Positions 44,024 to 54,766 of a DNA stretch of 64,000 nt are shown here, piece by piece. The notes under the pieces are model-generated. The model was not told the origin of the DNA. It saw only the letters and a list, made by a program, of their open reading frames with translations, and ran no database searches. Position numbers and translations under genes: made by a program. Position 1 is the stretch's first letter. Every line of letters begins with the position of its first letter. The stretch comes from Bryobacterales bacterium. GTDB lineage: Bacteria; Acidobacteriota; Terriglobia; Bryobacterales; UBA6623. Where the stretch lies: assembly GCA_965217195.1 (NCBI GenBank), contig CBDCHL010000003.1:157260-221259 (forward strand), given 5' to 3'.

Positions 44024-44229
44024 AGTCGTCGAAGTTTTGGGTCAGTGGGGCCACCGGCCGCGCCGGCTCGATCGACTGAGAAACTGGGTCGGTCGGCTCG
44101 CGGGGAGAAGACCGCGCCGCGAGGCGGCGCGGCTCGGGAGGTCGAAAACTTGATTTCGTTGCAGCCGGCTTTTGATCTCCTGTTGCGGATCCGCCATCAC
44201 ACGGCCGAAATTCGAAGTTTCGGGTCAGG

Positions 44230-45750
44230 CTAGGGAGCGTTTATGCGGCGCGAGAAAGTCAGCGCCACCGCCGTCCCCACCATCGACAGCCACCAAAACC
44301 ACTCCCCAAAACGGCTGAACCAGGTCAAATCCGATTCGTAGCTGAAACGCCCGGTCAAGACGCCTTCCTTAAACGACGGCAGCCGGCCTTGAAGCCTGCC
44401 CGCCGGGTCGATGATCGAGGTGATTCCGTCGTTAGTTGCCCGCAGTACCCAGCGCCGATTCTCGAGCGCCCTCATCCGCGCAATTAACAAATGCTGATGT
44501 CGTGCCGCCGTTCGCCCGTACCAACTGTCATTAGATATGTTGACCAGCACCTCGGCGCCGCCGGCCGTGAACTCCCGGACGCCACCGGCAAATACCGACT
44601 CGTAGCAAATGAACGTTCCAACCGTATGGTCTCCGACCGGCGCCAACGCGAGGCCCTCCCCGGGAAGAAAATCGCCCGCTTCAACGGTGATGCGATCGAT
44701 GAACAATGAAAACGGCCACGGCACGAACTCCCCAAACGGCACCAGAAAACGCTTTGAATAGTGCGCGATCATGTTGCCGTCCGGGTCGAGAGTCACGGCG
44801 GAATTCAACGGCCGCGTGCCGTCTTCGGTTCTTTGAAAGCCCACGCTGTTGAAGATTAGGTACGCCCCCGTCTTGCGCGCCAACTCGGTAATGAATAGTT
44901 CGAAATCGGGGTCGTCGAAATAGTACGCCGGGATGGTATATTCCGGCCAGATGATGATCGAAGGGCGCTCCGTGTCGAATTCGCCCTCGAATCCTTGCGA
45001 CAGCGCCGCCATACGCGCGCGATGCTCGGCAGCGCGGCGGCGCGTCCAACGGCCTTCGACAACTTCGTCGGGATGGATATTCGGCTGGATCAGGCGTACG
45101 GTTTCCCGGCCCTCTCGTCGCTCGGGAACCGACGGCAAGGCATAAAGCAACGGCACGAGCAGCAACCAAGCCAACTGGCGTCGTGGCCGTCGCAGAATCG
45201 CCAGCGCCGCCGCCGTGTTCATCATCATCAGGACGAAAGACAGGCCATAGACGCCTGTATAAGGCGTCGCCCGCGCCACGACCGACATCCCCGCCGCGGC
45301 GTTACCCAGATGCAGCCAGGTGAAGATGAACTGGTGCGTCCCCTCGACGGCGACCCAGGCAGCCGCGACGGCGGGCATCGCCCAAGGCCGCTTCAGCAGT
45401 GGCGCCGCCAAGACAGCGAAGATACCTGTGTGCATCCCCTTGGCGACGAAAAACCCAATGAAAATTGCTGCCGCCGCCGGCGCCGACAAGTGCGCGTAGC
45501 GGTGCATCACGTCGTAGACCCAGTAGCAAGTCCCGCCCCAAAAAACGCAGCCTGCCAGGGCCCCAAGCAACCACTGTTCAGCGCGGCCGCGCGCTTGTGT
45601 CAGCGCTACCAACAAGGGAGCAACCGCGACGGCGGACAGCAGGGAATAGTTGACAGCGGGGAAGCTCAGTACCAGAAGGAGACCGCTGAGCAGGGCCAAG
45701 GCCCAAAGCGTCAAGTGCCGTAGACTCGCGGAGGCCGGCAGAGCGAACAC
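44230..45750 (-). CDS. lnt: apolipoprotein N-acyltransferase
   Basis: The N-terminal half is multi-TM and is followed by a CN-hydrolase domain (IIWPEYTIP, FICYESVF, NISNDSWYG). Confidence 0.85.
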   Translation of the reverse strand: MFALPASASLRHLTLWALALLSGLLLVLSFPAVNYSLLSAVAVAPLLVALTQARGRAEQWLLGALAGCVFWGGTCYWVYDVMHRYAHLSAPAAAAIFIGFFVAKGMHTGIFAVLAAPLLKRPWAMPAVAAAWVAVEGTHQFIFTWLHLGNAAAGMSVVARATPYTGVYGLSFVLMMMNTAAALAILRRPRRQLAWLLLVPLLYALPSVPERREGRETVRLIQPNIHPDEVVEGRWTRRRAAEHRARMAALSQGFEGEFDTERPSIIIWPEYTIPAYYFDDPDFELFITELARKTGAYLIFNSVGFQRTEDGTRPLNSAVTLDPDGNMIAHYSKRFLVPFGEFVPWPFSLFIDRITVEAGDFLPGEGLALAPVGDHTVGTFICYESVFAGGVREFTAGGAEVLVNISNDSWYGRTAARHQHLLIARMRALENRRWVLRATNDGITSIIDPAGRLQGRLPSFKEGVLTGRFSYESDLTWFSRFGEWFWWLSMVGTAVALTFSRRINAP

Positions 45751-45765
45751 GCTTGACTCCGATCC

Positions 45766-46509
45766 CTACACGCGGTTGATCAGCGTCGCGACATAGGCCG
45801 CACCGAAACCGTTGTCGATATTCACGACGCTGACGTTGCTGGAGCAACTGTTCAGCATGCCCAGCAGCGCCGCCAATCCGTTGAAGCTCGCGCCGTAGCC
45901 GACGCTGGTCGGAACGGCGATGATCGGCACGGCTACCAACCCCCCCACCGCGCTCGGCAACGCGCCTTCCATTCCCGCGCAACAAATGATCACGCGAGCG
46001 TCCTTGAAGCGATCGATATTCGACAGCAAACGATGGATGCCCGCCACGCCGACATCGTAAATCGTCTCGATCTCGTTGCCCATCACCTCCGCGGTGACCC
46101 GAGCTTCCTCGGCCACAAAAAGGTCGGCCGTTCCGGCGCAAATGACCGCTATCTTAGCCTTGCCCCGAATTTGGCGATCCCCCCAAACCCGAACCGCTCC
46201 CGAGCGCGGGAAGAACTCCGCCCTTTCATCGAGCTGTTGGAGCGCCGCGGCCGTTTCCTCGGAAGCACGAGTCACGAGCAGATTGTCGGAGCGTTCCAAC
46301 AGCTTTCCCGCAATCTCGACGGTCTCTTCGGTCGTCTTGCCGCGCGCCAGAACGACTTCCGGCATGCCGTGGCGCAAGGCCCTATGGTGGTCCACCTTGG
46401 CGAAGCCCAAATCCTCGAAAGGAAGGTGCTGGAGATCTTCGAGCGCTTGGTCGGGAGAGCGCGAACCGTCTCGTACCGCTTCGAGCAGTTCGCGAAGTTG
46501 GTCAGTCAT
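45766..46509 (-). CDS. larB: LarB-like (PurE-fold) nickel-pincer cofactor biosynthesis carboxylase/hydrolase
   Basis: It has [43 protein letters not shown] and [16 protein letters not shown]. Confidence 0.7.
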   Translation of the reverse strand: MTDQLRELLEAVRDGSRSPDQALEDLQHLPFEDLGFAKVDHHRALRHGMPEVVLARGKTTEETVEIAGKLLERSDNLLVTRASEETAAALQQLDERAEFFPRSGAVRVWGDRQIRGKAKIAVICAGTADLFVAEEARVTAEVMGNEIETIYDVGVAGIHRLLSNIDRFKDARVIICCAGMEGALPSAVGGLVAVPIIAVPTSVGYGASFNGLAALLGMLNSCSSNVSVVNIDNGFGAAYVATLINRV

Positions 46510-46524
46510 GTACTCGGAGGATAG

Positions 46525-47022
46525 CTAAAAGGCCGGCCGGTCGCCAACTTGCAGTCCGTGCGCCGCGGCCTGTCCGGCGGCCAACTCGAGCACGTACTGT
46601 GCCGCAAAGCCCTCACCGTAGTTGCGACACGCGGCTTGATTCGGCGACGGACACGGCGGGGTGTTCGCGGAAATGAAAACAATTCGGCGATCCGCATTCA
46701 TCCAAATGATATCGAGGGGTATCAGCGTGTTGTACATCCAAAAAGCCCGCGGCCCCTCGTCCGGAAACATGAAGATCATCCCGCGGTCGGGTGCGAGCTC
46801 ACTGCGGAACATCAACCCGCGGGCCTGCTGCTGGGGCGTCGTTGCCGGTTCGGCGTCAATGACGGCGCCGTCGGGCAAGCGCACCGGGATCGTCAACGCG
46901 CCGGAGCAGGAAGACGATCGCGTGCCGGTTGAGCAGCCCGTCGCAAGCAAGACAGCCGCGGCGGTTGAGAGCGCAACAACTCGCGAACACAAGTGCCGTC
47001 TTAATCGGGACAAGGCGGGCAT
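46525..47022 (-). CDS. DUF192-domain lipoprotein
   Basis: ATG 47022 gives MPALSRLRRHLCSRVVALSTAAAVLLATGC (lipobox). The DUF192-like core is RGLMFRSELAPDRGMIFMFPDEGPRAFWMYNTLIPLDIIWM. The longer track ORF has an Arg/Ser-rich, non-protein-like N-terminus. Confidence 0.7.
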   Translation of the reverse strand: MPALSRLRRHLCSRVVALSTAAAVLLATGCSTGTRSSSCSGALTIPVRLPDGAVIDAEPATTPQQQARGLMFRSELAPDRGMIFMFPDEGPRAFWMYNTLIPLDIIWMNADRRIVFISANTPPCPSPNQAACRNYGEGFAAQYVLELAAGQAAAHGLQVGDRPAF

Positions 47023-47035
47023 TCTCCGAACAGAG

Positions 47036-47929
47036 TCAACCTTGGGGAGGCGGGACCACCACGTCGTCATAGGCGTGCCGACTGGTAATGGCGCCGCCGT
47101 ATTCGAAGACGTTGAGAGCCTGCTCGTAGAGATCGCGTGGGATCGCGATGTCGCCTCTCCAAGTCCCGATTTGCTGATAGCGGCCGATCGTCGCGGCCAG
47201 GACGTCACGGTCGATATCGGGAAAGAATGAGGCTTCCCGCGCGGCGATTTCTTCGGGCGGGGCCTGTGCCACCCACTCACGGGTCTGTTGGTACGCTTTG
47301 GTGAAAGCCCGCGCGGCGTCGGTCTCCAAAAACTCGCGCGTCGCCAACAAGCTGCTGAAGGCGACTTCGGGCATCGCTTCGCCGACCGAGGCGACAACGT
47401 GGCCGAGACCCTCCTTCTCGAGCTGTTGCGGCGCCGGCCCCTGCTGGTGCACGTATTGGCCCAGCCCGGAACGAAACGCCGCCTCGATTTCTTCGACTGT
47501 CCCGGCATCGACGGCCTCGATTTTGTCCCAATCGACGCCCTGTGAATGCGCCGCGTAACGCAGCATCAGCAACGGTTGCCCTCCGTGGTCGGCGAGCAGG
47601 GTCGCCCCCTCGAGCTTGTTCCAATTAAACGCGCTGTCGGGTTCGCGGCCGGCAAGGAAAAACCCGTCGCGGCGGTTGATTTGGGCGAAATGGACAGGCA
47701 GATTTGTCGCCCCCTGGTCCAGCGGTCCCCAATTGGAGCCGACGGCCGACTGCATCACGTCGATCTCTCCATCCTTTAACAGGGAATGGGAGCGCTGCCC
47801 GGGCTGCAAGACGTCGTAGCTGGTTTCGAACCCCAGCTTTGACAACTCGTCGCCGGCGACGGTCGAGATGAGAGGGCTGTAGAAGGCCGAGTGGCGGGAA
47901 ACCATCACTCGGATCAGACCTTCTGCCAT
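47036..47929 (-). CDS. NMT1/THI5-like (periplasmic-binding-fold) protein
   Basis: The start was chosen at MAEGLIRVMVSRHSAFYSPLI (47929). The upstream 235 codons of the track ORF are antisense to the kinase gene. Confidence 0.5.
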   Translation of the reverse strand: MAEGLIRVMVSRHSAFYSPLISTVAGDELSKLGFETSYDVLQPGQRSHSLLKDGEIDVMQSAVGSNWGPLDQGATNLPVHFAQINRRDGFFLAGREPDSAFNWNKLEGATLLADHGGQPLLMLRYAAHSQGVDWDKIEAVDAGTVEEIEAAFRSGLGQYVHQQGPAPQQLEKEGLGHVVASVGEAMPEVAFSSLLATREFLETDAARAFTKAYQQTREWVAQAPPEEIAAREASFFPDIDRDVLAATIGRYQQIGTWRGDIAIPRDLYEQALNVFEYGGAITSRHAYDDVVVPPPQG

Positions 47930-48007
47930 GGCGAAGCCGGGCGCACGAGCCAAGAATGCAGCGTCAGTCGGTATTGGCTGCGGCGGCGCGACGCAGCACC
48001 AAGGATA

Positions 48008-49507
48008 GTGTTTCAGCCCGAAACTGTCAACGTCGTCTTGAGCCGACGTCACCGGCCTCGCGAACCGCCTCCGCCCGCTCCCGTTCAGCCGCCCCGGCCC
48101 GAAGGAGTTTCCCCCGAGCAGGTCAACGCTTCGGGCGAAATTGTCGGTCTTCCCGAGGGAGCCGCCGCAGAGCACGTCCTTTCCCACTACCGCCTGCTCG
48201 AAAAACTTAGCGAAGGCGGCATGGGCGTGGTTTACAAAGCCCTCGACACCAAGCTCAAGCGCCCCGTGGCGTTGAAGTTTCTGCGCGCCGACGTCGTTGA
48301 AGACGCCGAAGCCAAGGAACGCTTCCTGCGCGAAGCCCAAGCCGCGGCGGCACTCGACCATCCCAACATTTGCACCGTCTATGAAATCGACGAGGCCGAG
48401 GGACAAACCTTCCTCGCCATGGCCTTCGTCGCGGGCCGCACCATCAAGGACAAAATCAGCGATCGCCCGCTCAAACTCGACGAGGTAATCGACATCGCCA
48501 CTCAGACCGCCGAGGGCTTGAAGGCGGCTCACAGCCGCGGCGTCGTTCACCGCGACATCAAACCCGCCAATCTGATGCTGACCGAAGAGGGCCAGGTCAA
48601 AATCATGGACTTCGGCCTGGCGCAACTCGCCGAGCAATCGAGACTCACAAAGACAGCGACGATCCTAGGCACACCGGCCTATATGTCGCCTGAACAGACG
48701 AGGCGGAAGCCGACCGATCGGCGCACGGATGTTTGGTCGCTGGGAGTCGTGATTTACGAGATGGTAACGGGGCGGCTGCCCTTCGCGGGCGAGCGGCAGG
48801 AGGCCGTGCTCTATGCCATCGGCAACGAAGACCCCGAGCCCATCACGGCTTTGCGGGCGGGCCTGCCGATAGAGTTGGACTTCATCGTCGGCAAGGCGCT
48901 CGCCAAGGCCCCGGCGGACCGCTACCAGCACGTCGAGGAGATGATCGTCGATTTGCGGGCCCTCGAGCGGCGGACGGAATCGGGCGGCGCCAAACCGAGC
49001 GGCAAACCCGTTACGGCGGCGAGCGGGGAAAGGCCGGAGCGAGCCCGGCGGCTACGCTTGGCATGGGTCGCAGCGGCCGCGGCAGTTGTTCTCACGATCG
49101 CCAGCACGGCCCTTTGGAACTTCTCCGCCCCCACCGAAGCCCCCCTAGAACCCATGCAGCCGGTTCCGCTCACCACCTACCCGGGCGCGGAGGCGGTCGC
49201 TTCCTTTTCCCCCGACGGCAATCAAGTGGCCTTCGGGTGGACCGGGGGGAATACGGAGAGTTTCGACATTTACGTCAAGGTGGTCGGGCCCGGGCCCCCG
49301 CTGCGACTGACCACCCATCCCGACCAGGATTCCGTCCCCGTCTGGTCGCCGGACGGCCGCTGGATCGCTTCTCCGCGGACGTCCCGAAGCCGGAGAGAAA
49401 ATGGGCCTCTACCTGATTTCCCCTCTTGGCGGGAGGGAGCGGAAACTGGCGGAGACGCGGGTTCCTTTCATTTATGCGCTGGGACCCTGTCTGGCCTGGT
49501 CTCCTGA
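48008..49507 (+). CDS. Ser/Thr protein kinase + TM segment (N-terminal part of a frame-disrupted kinase-propeller gene; start uncertain)
   Basis: It has SEGGMGVVYKA, VALKFL, HRDIKPANLM, DFGLA and APE-like PAYMSPE. The TM segment is LAWVAAAAAVVLTIASTALW. Then PD40-type FSPDGNQVAF and WSPDGRWIA precede the loss of frame. Confidence 0.75.
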   Translation: MFQPETVNVVLSRRHRPREPPPPAPVQPPRPEGVSPEQVNASGEIVGLPEGAAAEHVLSHYRLLEKLSEGGMGVVYKALDTKLKRPVALKFLRADVVEDAEAKERFLREAQAAAALDHPNICTVYEIDEAEGQTFLAMAFVAGRTIKDKISDRPLKLDEVIDIATQTAEGLKAAHSRGVVHRDIKPANLMLTEEGQVKIMDFGLAQLAEQSRLTKTATILGTPAYMSPEQTRRKPTDRRTDVWSLGVVIYEMVTGRLPFAGERQEAVLYAIGNEDPEPITALRAGLPIELDFIVGKALAKAPADRYQHVEEMIVDLRALERRTESGGAKPSGKPVTAASGERPERARRLRLAWVAAAAAVVLTIASTALWNFSAPTEAPLEPMQPVPLTTYPGAEAVASFSPDGNQVAFGWTGGNTESFDIYVKVVGPGPPLRLTTHPDQDSVPVWSPDGRWIASPRTSRSRRENGPLPDFPSWREGAETGGDAGSFHLCAGTLSGLVS

Positions 49508-50825
49508 CAGCCGTTGGCTGGCCGTGTGCGATTGGGCGGAGGATTCGCCCGGACGGTTGAGCGTATTCTTGCTCTCGGTGGATTCCGGCGAAAGGCGAAG
49601 GCTGACTTGGCCGCCCGAAGACTCGCGCATAGGCGACGTCATGCCCGCCTTTTCTCCCGACGGTCGCATGCTCGCCTTTTCCCGCTACAGCTCCGGGTTG
49701 AAAGCCGATCTCTATCTGCTGGATCTCGACGAAGATTTGAACCCGCGAGGCGAACCTCGACGCCGTACCTTTATGGAGCAGCTGAGCGGGGCCTCGCCAC
49801 AAAGTTTCACTTCCGACGGCCGCGACATTGTTTTCACGGCGGGGTCTTTCACCAACTCAAGTCTTTGGAGAGTGCCGATATCGGGGACCGCCTCGCCCGA
49901 GCGGCTGCCGTTTGGGGAGAACGGACGTTGGCCGCATCTCTCCCGTCAGGGGAATCGGCTCGCGTATACGGTAGGTAACATCAACTCAAACATCTACCGC
50001 CTCAACCTGCCCGTCGCCGACGGCGTGACCGGCGCGGCGGTCAAGTTGATTGCTTCTTCCCGCTGGGACACACAGCCGCGATATTCTCCCGACGGCAACC
50101 GCATAGCGTTCGTTTCGCATCGCTCCGGGGCCGCGAAAATTTGGACGTGTGACAGCAACGGTTCGAACCCTGCCCAGTTGACTTCGCTTGGCGCGCTGGC
50201 GACCTACCCCCGCTGGGCTCCCGATGGGAAGAGTATCGGATTCAATTCCGATGCCGAAGGGCGGTTCCATGCCTACGTCGTGGACGCCGAGGGCGGCGCG
50301 CCTCGGCGCTTGACGAGCGACCGGTCGTACGGGTCGGGGCCGTCTTGGTCGAGAGACGGCGAGTGGATCTATTTCACATCGGACCGCAGCGGGTTTCCCC
50401 AGAATTTCAAGATGCTGGCGGGAGGAGGCCCCGCCCAAGTCGTTACAGCCGGGCGGGGACCAACCATGGAGTCGCCCGACGGCAAGTGGTTCTACTTTGC
50501 GCGCGGGGCCGCCATCTCTGTGTGGAGAATACCGGTTGAGGGAGGCAGTGGAGAGACGGATGAGGATGCCGAGCAGGTCCTCGAATCCTTGCACGAGCAA
50601 CTCTATGATGTCGTCGAGGAGGGCATCTACTTCGTCCCCCCATCGAAGGGGTCCGATGTTTCCCTTCAGTTCCTCCGCTTTGCCACGGGCGCCGTCGAGC
50701 CGATCCATGAGTTCGAGAGACAGCCCGGCGGCACCATGAGCGTCGCCCCCGACGGCCGATCGATTCTCTTCGGCCAATTGGAGCCGATGGAGGCCGACAT
50801 CATGCTGGTCGAGAATTTCCGGTGA
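49401..50825 (+). CDS. TolB-like PD40 beta-propeller region (C-terminal part of the same gene, +1 frame)
   Basis: It contains repeated SPDG(R/N/K)xxAF units (WSPDSRWLA, FSPDGRMLAF, YSPDGNRIAF, WAPDGKSIGF, WSRDGEWIYF). Confidence 0.75.
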   Translation: MGLYLISPLGGRERKLAETRVPFIYALGPCLAWSPDSRWLAVCDWAEDSPGRLSVFLLSVDSGERRRLTWPPEDSRIGDVMPAFSPDGRMLAFSRYSSGLKADLYLLDLDEDLNPRGEPRRRTFMEQLSGASPQSFTSDGRDIVFTAGSFTNSSLWRVPISGTASPERLPFGENGRWPHLSRQGNRLAYTVGNINSNIYRLNLPVADGVTGAAVKLIASSRWDTQPRYSPDGNRIAFVSHRSGAAKIWTCDSNGSNPAQLTSLGALATYPRWAPDGKSIGFNSDAEGRFHAYVVDAEGGAPRRLTSDRSYGSGPSWSRDGEWIYFTSDRSGFPQNFKMLAGGGPAQVVTAGRGPTMESPDGKWFYFARGAAISVWRIPVEGGSGETDEDAEQVLESLHEQLYDVVEEGIYFVPPSKGSDVSLQFLRFATGAVEPIHEFERQPGGTMSVAPDGRSILFGQLEPMEADIMLVENFR

Positions 50826-51054
50826 CCTGTCGCCGCCGGGGACCCGAAACAACCCCCGGGGCGCGGCAGGGCCTTGGTAAAGGCTTCGGAGACTAGCTCA
50901 CGATCTCGTGAATGACTTCCCCGTGGACGTCGGTTAGGCGGCGGTCGATGCCGCTGAGGAGCCCCGACGCCCGACGTGGCGCACGTCTCCAGGCGAGCAT
51001 GTGGCGGCATTCGTGTCGCCATGTCTCGCGTAGCGCTCCCCGCGGCCCCGCTTC

Positions 51055-52041
51055 CTACCCGAACAAGCGCAACTGCAACTCGCCGGTTGCAACCTCGGGC
51101 ACGTAAACCCTCGGCGACGAGGCCAACCTGCAAGACCGCCGCACCTCGCGAACCCTGCGGCCGATCAGATCCGCGTAGTCCCCCCGCAAATACGGTTCCG
51201 CGCCGTAGCGACGTTTGTAGCGCTCGGCCGCACTGGGGAAGTTCTCCTCAAGAAACGGAAAAAATTGCCGTTGCGCACAGGGCATCAAGAACAGAGTCCC
51301 GCCGCCGAAATACCCCGCCCCGGCCTGCTTCGCCGCTCTTGCGACCGCGCCGAGGTTTTCGATCGAGTCGGTAATCAACGGCATTACCGGGTTGGCGAAC
51401 ACCCCCACTTCAATTCCGGCTTCGGCCAACTGCGTTACGGCTTTCAGTCGCAAATCGGGACGCGGCGCCCGGGGTTCAAGCTTGCGGGCGAGATCCCTGT
51501 CCATTGTTGTGACTGTCATGTTGACCGAAAGGACGTTCGATCGCGCAACTTCCCCGAGCAGCTTGATATCACGAACGATCAGATCCGATTTCGTCGTGAT
51601 CGAGAGTTCGTAACCGCCCTCCGATCTAAAAACTTCGAGGATTGACCGGGTCAGCCCGAATCGCTTTTCCGCCGGTTGATAGGGGTCGGTCGCGGTCCCG
51701 ATGGCAATCGCGCCTTGGGGCCTTCGTTTTAGGTCGTTTCGCAATACGTGCGCGGCATCTTGTTTCGCGAAGATCTTGGTCTCGAACAGCCTCCCGTCTT
51801 CCATCCCCATGAACTCGTGCGTATAGCGCGCGTAGCAATACTTGCACCCAAACTCACAGCCCCGATAGGGGTTGATCGTCCACGTAAAGGGCATGGCCGG
51901 ATTGGACGAGCGATTGAGCAAGCTCCGGGTCGGCAGCTCGAAATACTCGATGGCCGATTTCGAGGCCAATTTCTCGCTCTCGGCTGCTAAACGAGCGATA
52001 CCAACCAAGGGTACAGGAGGGTGCGGTAGCGTGTAGTGCAC
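51055..52041 (-). CDS. radical SAM protein (SplB/DNA-photolyase-like family)
   Basis: It has NPYRGCEFGCKYCYARY (CxxxCxxC). Confidence 0.75.
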   Translation of the reverse strand: MHYTLPHPPVPLVGIARLAAESEKLASKSAIEYFELPTRSLLNRSSNPAMPFTWTINPYRGCEFGCKYCYARYTHEFMGMEDGRLFETKIFAKQDAAHVLRNDLKRRPQGAIAIGTATDPYQPAEKRFGLTRSILEVFRSEGGYELSITTKSDLIVRDIKLLGEVARSNVLSVNMTVTTMDRDLARKLEPRAPRPDLRLKAVTQLAEAGIEVGVFANPVMPLITDSIENLGAVARAAKQAGAGYFGGGTLFLMPCAQRQFFPFLEENFPSAAERYKRRYGAEPYLRGDYADLIGRRVREVRRSCRLASSPRVYVPEVATGELQLRLFG

Positions 52042-52332
52042 AGTCTATATTCGCTTTTTGTTCGCCTATTGTCAAGAGTCACGGAAGCCCCTCCCGCAAT
52101 GCGAGCAACAGAAGCAGAGGCGCGGACGGAAGTCCGCGCTCAGCCTGGTTTACCGGGCTTGGGTTCGATTAGGCCGGCCCTTCAAGGGCCGGTTGAAAGC
52201 GCTCGCGCCCGTGCCGCCGATCCTCCCAAATTCAGGTCGCGTACCCAGTCGCGACCGAGACTAGGGTGCCGTACAGACCTCCCGATCCCCGTATCGCCCA
52301 CCTGCAACGCTTGCGAGAATAGAGAGGCGGCC

Positions 52333-53349
52333 ATGGCGGCTAAACAAAGTCTTCTCGAAGAGGCCATAGAGAGATTCCTCGCCTCGCTGCGGCGGGCCAA
52401 TCTCTCTGCCAACACCATCCGCGGCTACGCCTCCGACCTCAAGGGCTTCGTAACCTATTTCTCCCCACCGGGAGAGACTCCCCCCTCCCCGGCCGATTTC
52501 GAGCCGCTCGAGATTCGTGAGTTCATGGCCGACTGCTACCGGCGGGGAAACACGAATCGCTCGGTGGCGCGAAAGCTCGCCGCCCTGCGCGCTTTCTTTC
52601 GATTCCTAGTACGAGAAGGCTCGGCGCCGAGCAGCCCGGCAGCTCTGCTCAACACGCCCAAGCTTCCGAAAACTCTTCCGCCGGTCATGACGGCCGAGCA
52701 GACGAATCTGCTGGTCGACTCGGTGGGCGCCGCGGCCAGCCCCGCAAACGGCGGTGAAGCCACGGACAAAGCGAGGGGAAAGCAAGCGCACTTCATCGCT
52801 GTCCGCGACCGATTGATATTCGAGCTGCTCTACGGCTGTGGGCTCCGCGTGGGCGAACTGGTGGGACTCGACCGAGCCGATTTCGACCTGGGCGAGCGCT
52901 GGCTTGTCGTCCGAGGCAAAGGCCGCAAACAGCGCCAAGTGCCTTTCGGCGGGGCCGCGGAGAAAGCTTTGGAAAAGTACCTCGATTTGCGAGACGAGGT
53001 TACGTCAATCCCGACCGAGCGTCACGTCGCAGCGCCGGGCCTTCCACCCGGCCGGCTGCGTGAGCGTCACGGCGATGCACTCCTTCTCAACACACGCGCC
53101 GGGCGCTTAACCGCTCGTAGCGTCCAAAGGCTCGTCAAACGCTACGCGCTGCTGTTTTCCGGCGACCCAACACTCCATCCGCACGCCCTGCGGCACGCCT
53201 TCGCCACGCACCTGCTGAGCGACGGCGCCGACCTGAGGGCGATCCAAGAATTGCTGGGTCACGCTGGTCTTTCCACTACCCAGAAATACACCCAACTCTC
53301 GCTCAAAGAGTTGATGGCGACCTACGACCGCAGCCACCCTAAAGCCTGA
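52333..53349 (+). CDS. tyrosine recombinase, XerC/XerD-like
   Basis: ATG 52333 gives MAAKQSLLEEAIERFLASLRRANLSANTIRGYASDL (SAM-like N domain). The catalytic C-terminus is HALRHAFATHLL...LLGHAGLSTTQKYT. Confidence 0.8.
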   Translation: MAAKQSLLEEAIERFLASLRRANLSANTIRGYASDLKGFVTYFSPPGETPPSPADFEPLEIREFMADCYRRGNTNRSVARKLAALRAFFRFLVREGSAPSSPAALLNTPKLPKTLPPVMTAEQTNLLVDSVGAAASPANGGEATDKARGKQAHFIAVRDRLIFELLYGCGLRVGELVGLDRADFDLGERWLVVRGKGRKQRQVPFGGAAEKALEKYLDLRDEVTSIPTERHVAAPGLPPGRLRERHGDALLLNTRAGRLTARSVQRLVKRYALLFSGDPTLHPHALRHAFATHLLSDGADLRAIQELLGHAGLSTTQKYTQLSLKELMATYDRSHPKA

Positions 53350-53470
53350 CGACGCTCCCCTTGCCTTGCGCGCTGATACAGCCTGAGGTATTCTAGGTGC
53401 AGCAGTCGGTTCCGGGCTGTCTTCCCCTTACAACTTCGGTTGTTCCCCTCCTCCCGCCCGAATTGCTTTC

Positions 53471-54718
53471 ATGACGATTTCCGAACTGAAGCACAATAAC
53501 ATCACCGAACTGACGACCGTGGCGCGGGATTTGGAAATCCCCGGCGTCAGCGGTTTGCGCAAGCAAGACCTGATTTTCCGGATCCTGCAAGCACAGGCCG
53601 AAAAAGAGGGGCTGATCTTCGGAGAGGGTGTCCTAGAGACCTTGCCGGAGGGGTTCGGGTTCTTGCGGTCACCTGACTACAATTACCTCCCCGGTCCCGA
53701 CGACATCTATGTTTCCTCGACCCAAATCCGACGTTTCGACCTGCGCACGGGCGACACTGTTTCCGGTCAGGTGCGCCAGCCCAAGGACAACGAGAAATAC
53801 TTCGCCCTCGTGAAAGTCGAGGCGGTCAATTTTGAATCGCCTGAGCAATCAAAAAAGAAGATCCTTTTCGACAATCTCACGCCGCTTCACCCGGACCAGC
53901 ACCTCAAGTTGGAAAACACAAGAGAAAATCTCAGTGGCCGGGTCATGGACCTGCTGGCGCCGATCGGCATGGGGCAGCGCGGCTTGATCGTTTCTCCGCC
54001 GCGAACCGGGAAGACGATGCTGCTGCAATCAATCGCCAACTCGATTACGGCCAACCACCCGGAAGTGGATCTGATTGTCTTGCTGATCGACGAGCGGCCC
54101 GAAGAGGTCACTGACATGCAGCGCTCGGTCAAGGGCGAAGTTGTCAGCTCGACTTTCGACGAGCCCTACGTTCGCCACGTCCAAGTGGCTGAAATGGTGA
54201 TCGAAAAGGCGAAGCGGCTGGTCGAGCACAAGCGCGACGTCGTCATCCTGCTGGACTCGATCACGCGGCTGGCTCGCGCTTACAACACCATCGTGCCGTC
54301 CTCGGGGAAAGTCCTCTCGGGCGGGGTCGACTCCAACGCGTTGCAGCGCCCCAAGCGCTTTTTCGGCGCGGCCCGGAATATCGAGGAAGGCGGTTCATTA
54401 ACCATCATGGCCACCGCGCTCATCGACACCGGCAGCCGCATGGACGATGTGATCTTTGAAGAATTCAAAGGCACCGGCAACATGGAGATTCACCTCGACC
54501 GCAAGTTGGCCGACAAGCGCGTATTTCCGTCGTTCGATATCCATCGCAGCGGGACACGCAAGGAAGAGCTGCTGCTCGACAAAGAAGACCTCAACCGCGT
54601 TTGGGTGCTGCGAAAAGTCCTCAGCCCGTTGGGAGCCAGCGAGTCCATCGAGTTGCTGCTCGACCGGATGGGCAAGACCGGCAGCAACGCCGAATTCCTC
54701 GACTCGATGAAGAACTGA
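53471..54718 (+). CDS. rho: transcription termination factor Rho
   Basis: It has the Rho_N region ([21 protein letters not shown]), an RNA-binding OB region, Walker A PPRTGKT and the [13 protein letters not shown] motif. Confidence 0.95.
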   Translation: MTISELKHNNITELTTVARDLEIPGVSGLRKQDLIFRILQAQAEKEGLIFGEGVLETLPEGFGFLRSPDYNYLPGPDDIYVSSTQIRRFDLRTGDTVSGQVRQPKDNEKYFALVKVEAVNFESPEQSKKKILFDNLTPLHPDQHLKLENTRENLSGRVMDLLAPIGMGQRGLIVSPPRTGKTMLLQSIANSITANHPEVDLIVLLIDERPEEVTDMQRSVKGEVVSSTFDEPYVRHVQVAEMVIEKAKRLVEHKRDVVILLDSITRLARAYNTIVPSSGKVLSGGVDSNALQRPKRFFGAARNIEEGGSLTIMATALIDTGSRMDDVIFEEFKGTGNMEIHLDRKLADKRVFPSFDIHRSGTRKEELLLDKEDLNRVWVLRKVLSPLGASESIELLLDRMGKTGSNAEFLDSMKN

Positions 54719-54766
54719 GCAGCCTTGGTAGTCAGCTGAGAGTCACGGATAAGATAGTGTCCGACT

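Noticed and set aside
46525-47508. 327-aa version of the DUF192 gene.
   Set aside because: The first 162 residues are Arg/Ser/Pro-rich translation of the antisense strand of the neighbouring gene. The internal ATG 47022 gives a clean lipoprotein signal followed by the DUF192 core.
47930-48040. Possible TPP riboswitch upstream of the THI5/NMT1-like gene.
   Set aside because: I found no CTGAGA...ACCTGATCTGGATAATGCCAGCG-type core on the minus strand, and the region is only ~100 nt and shared with the kinase gene start.
47036-48637. 533-aa version of the NMT1/THI5-like gene.
   Set aside because: The N-terminal ~235 residues are the antisense shadow of the Ser/Thr kinase gene. The recognisable domain starts at MAEGLIRV (47929).
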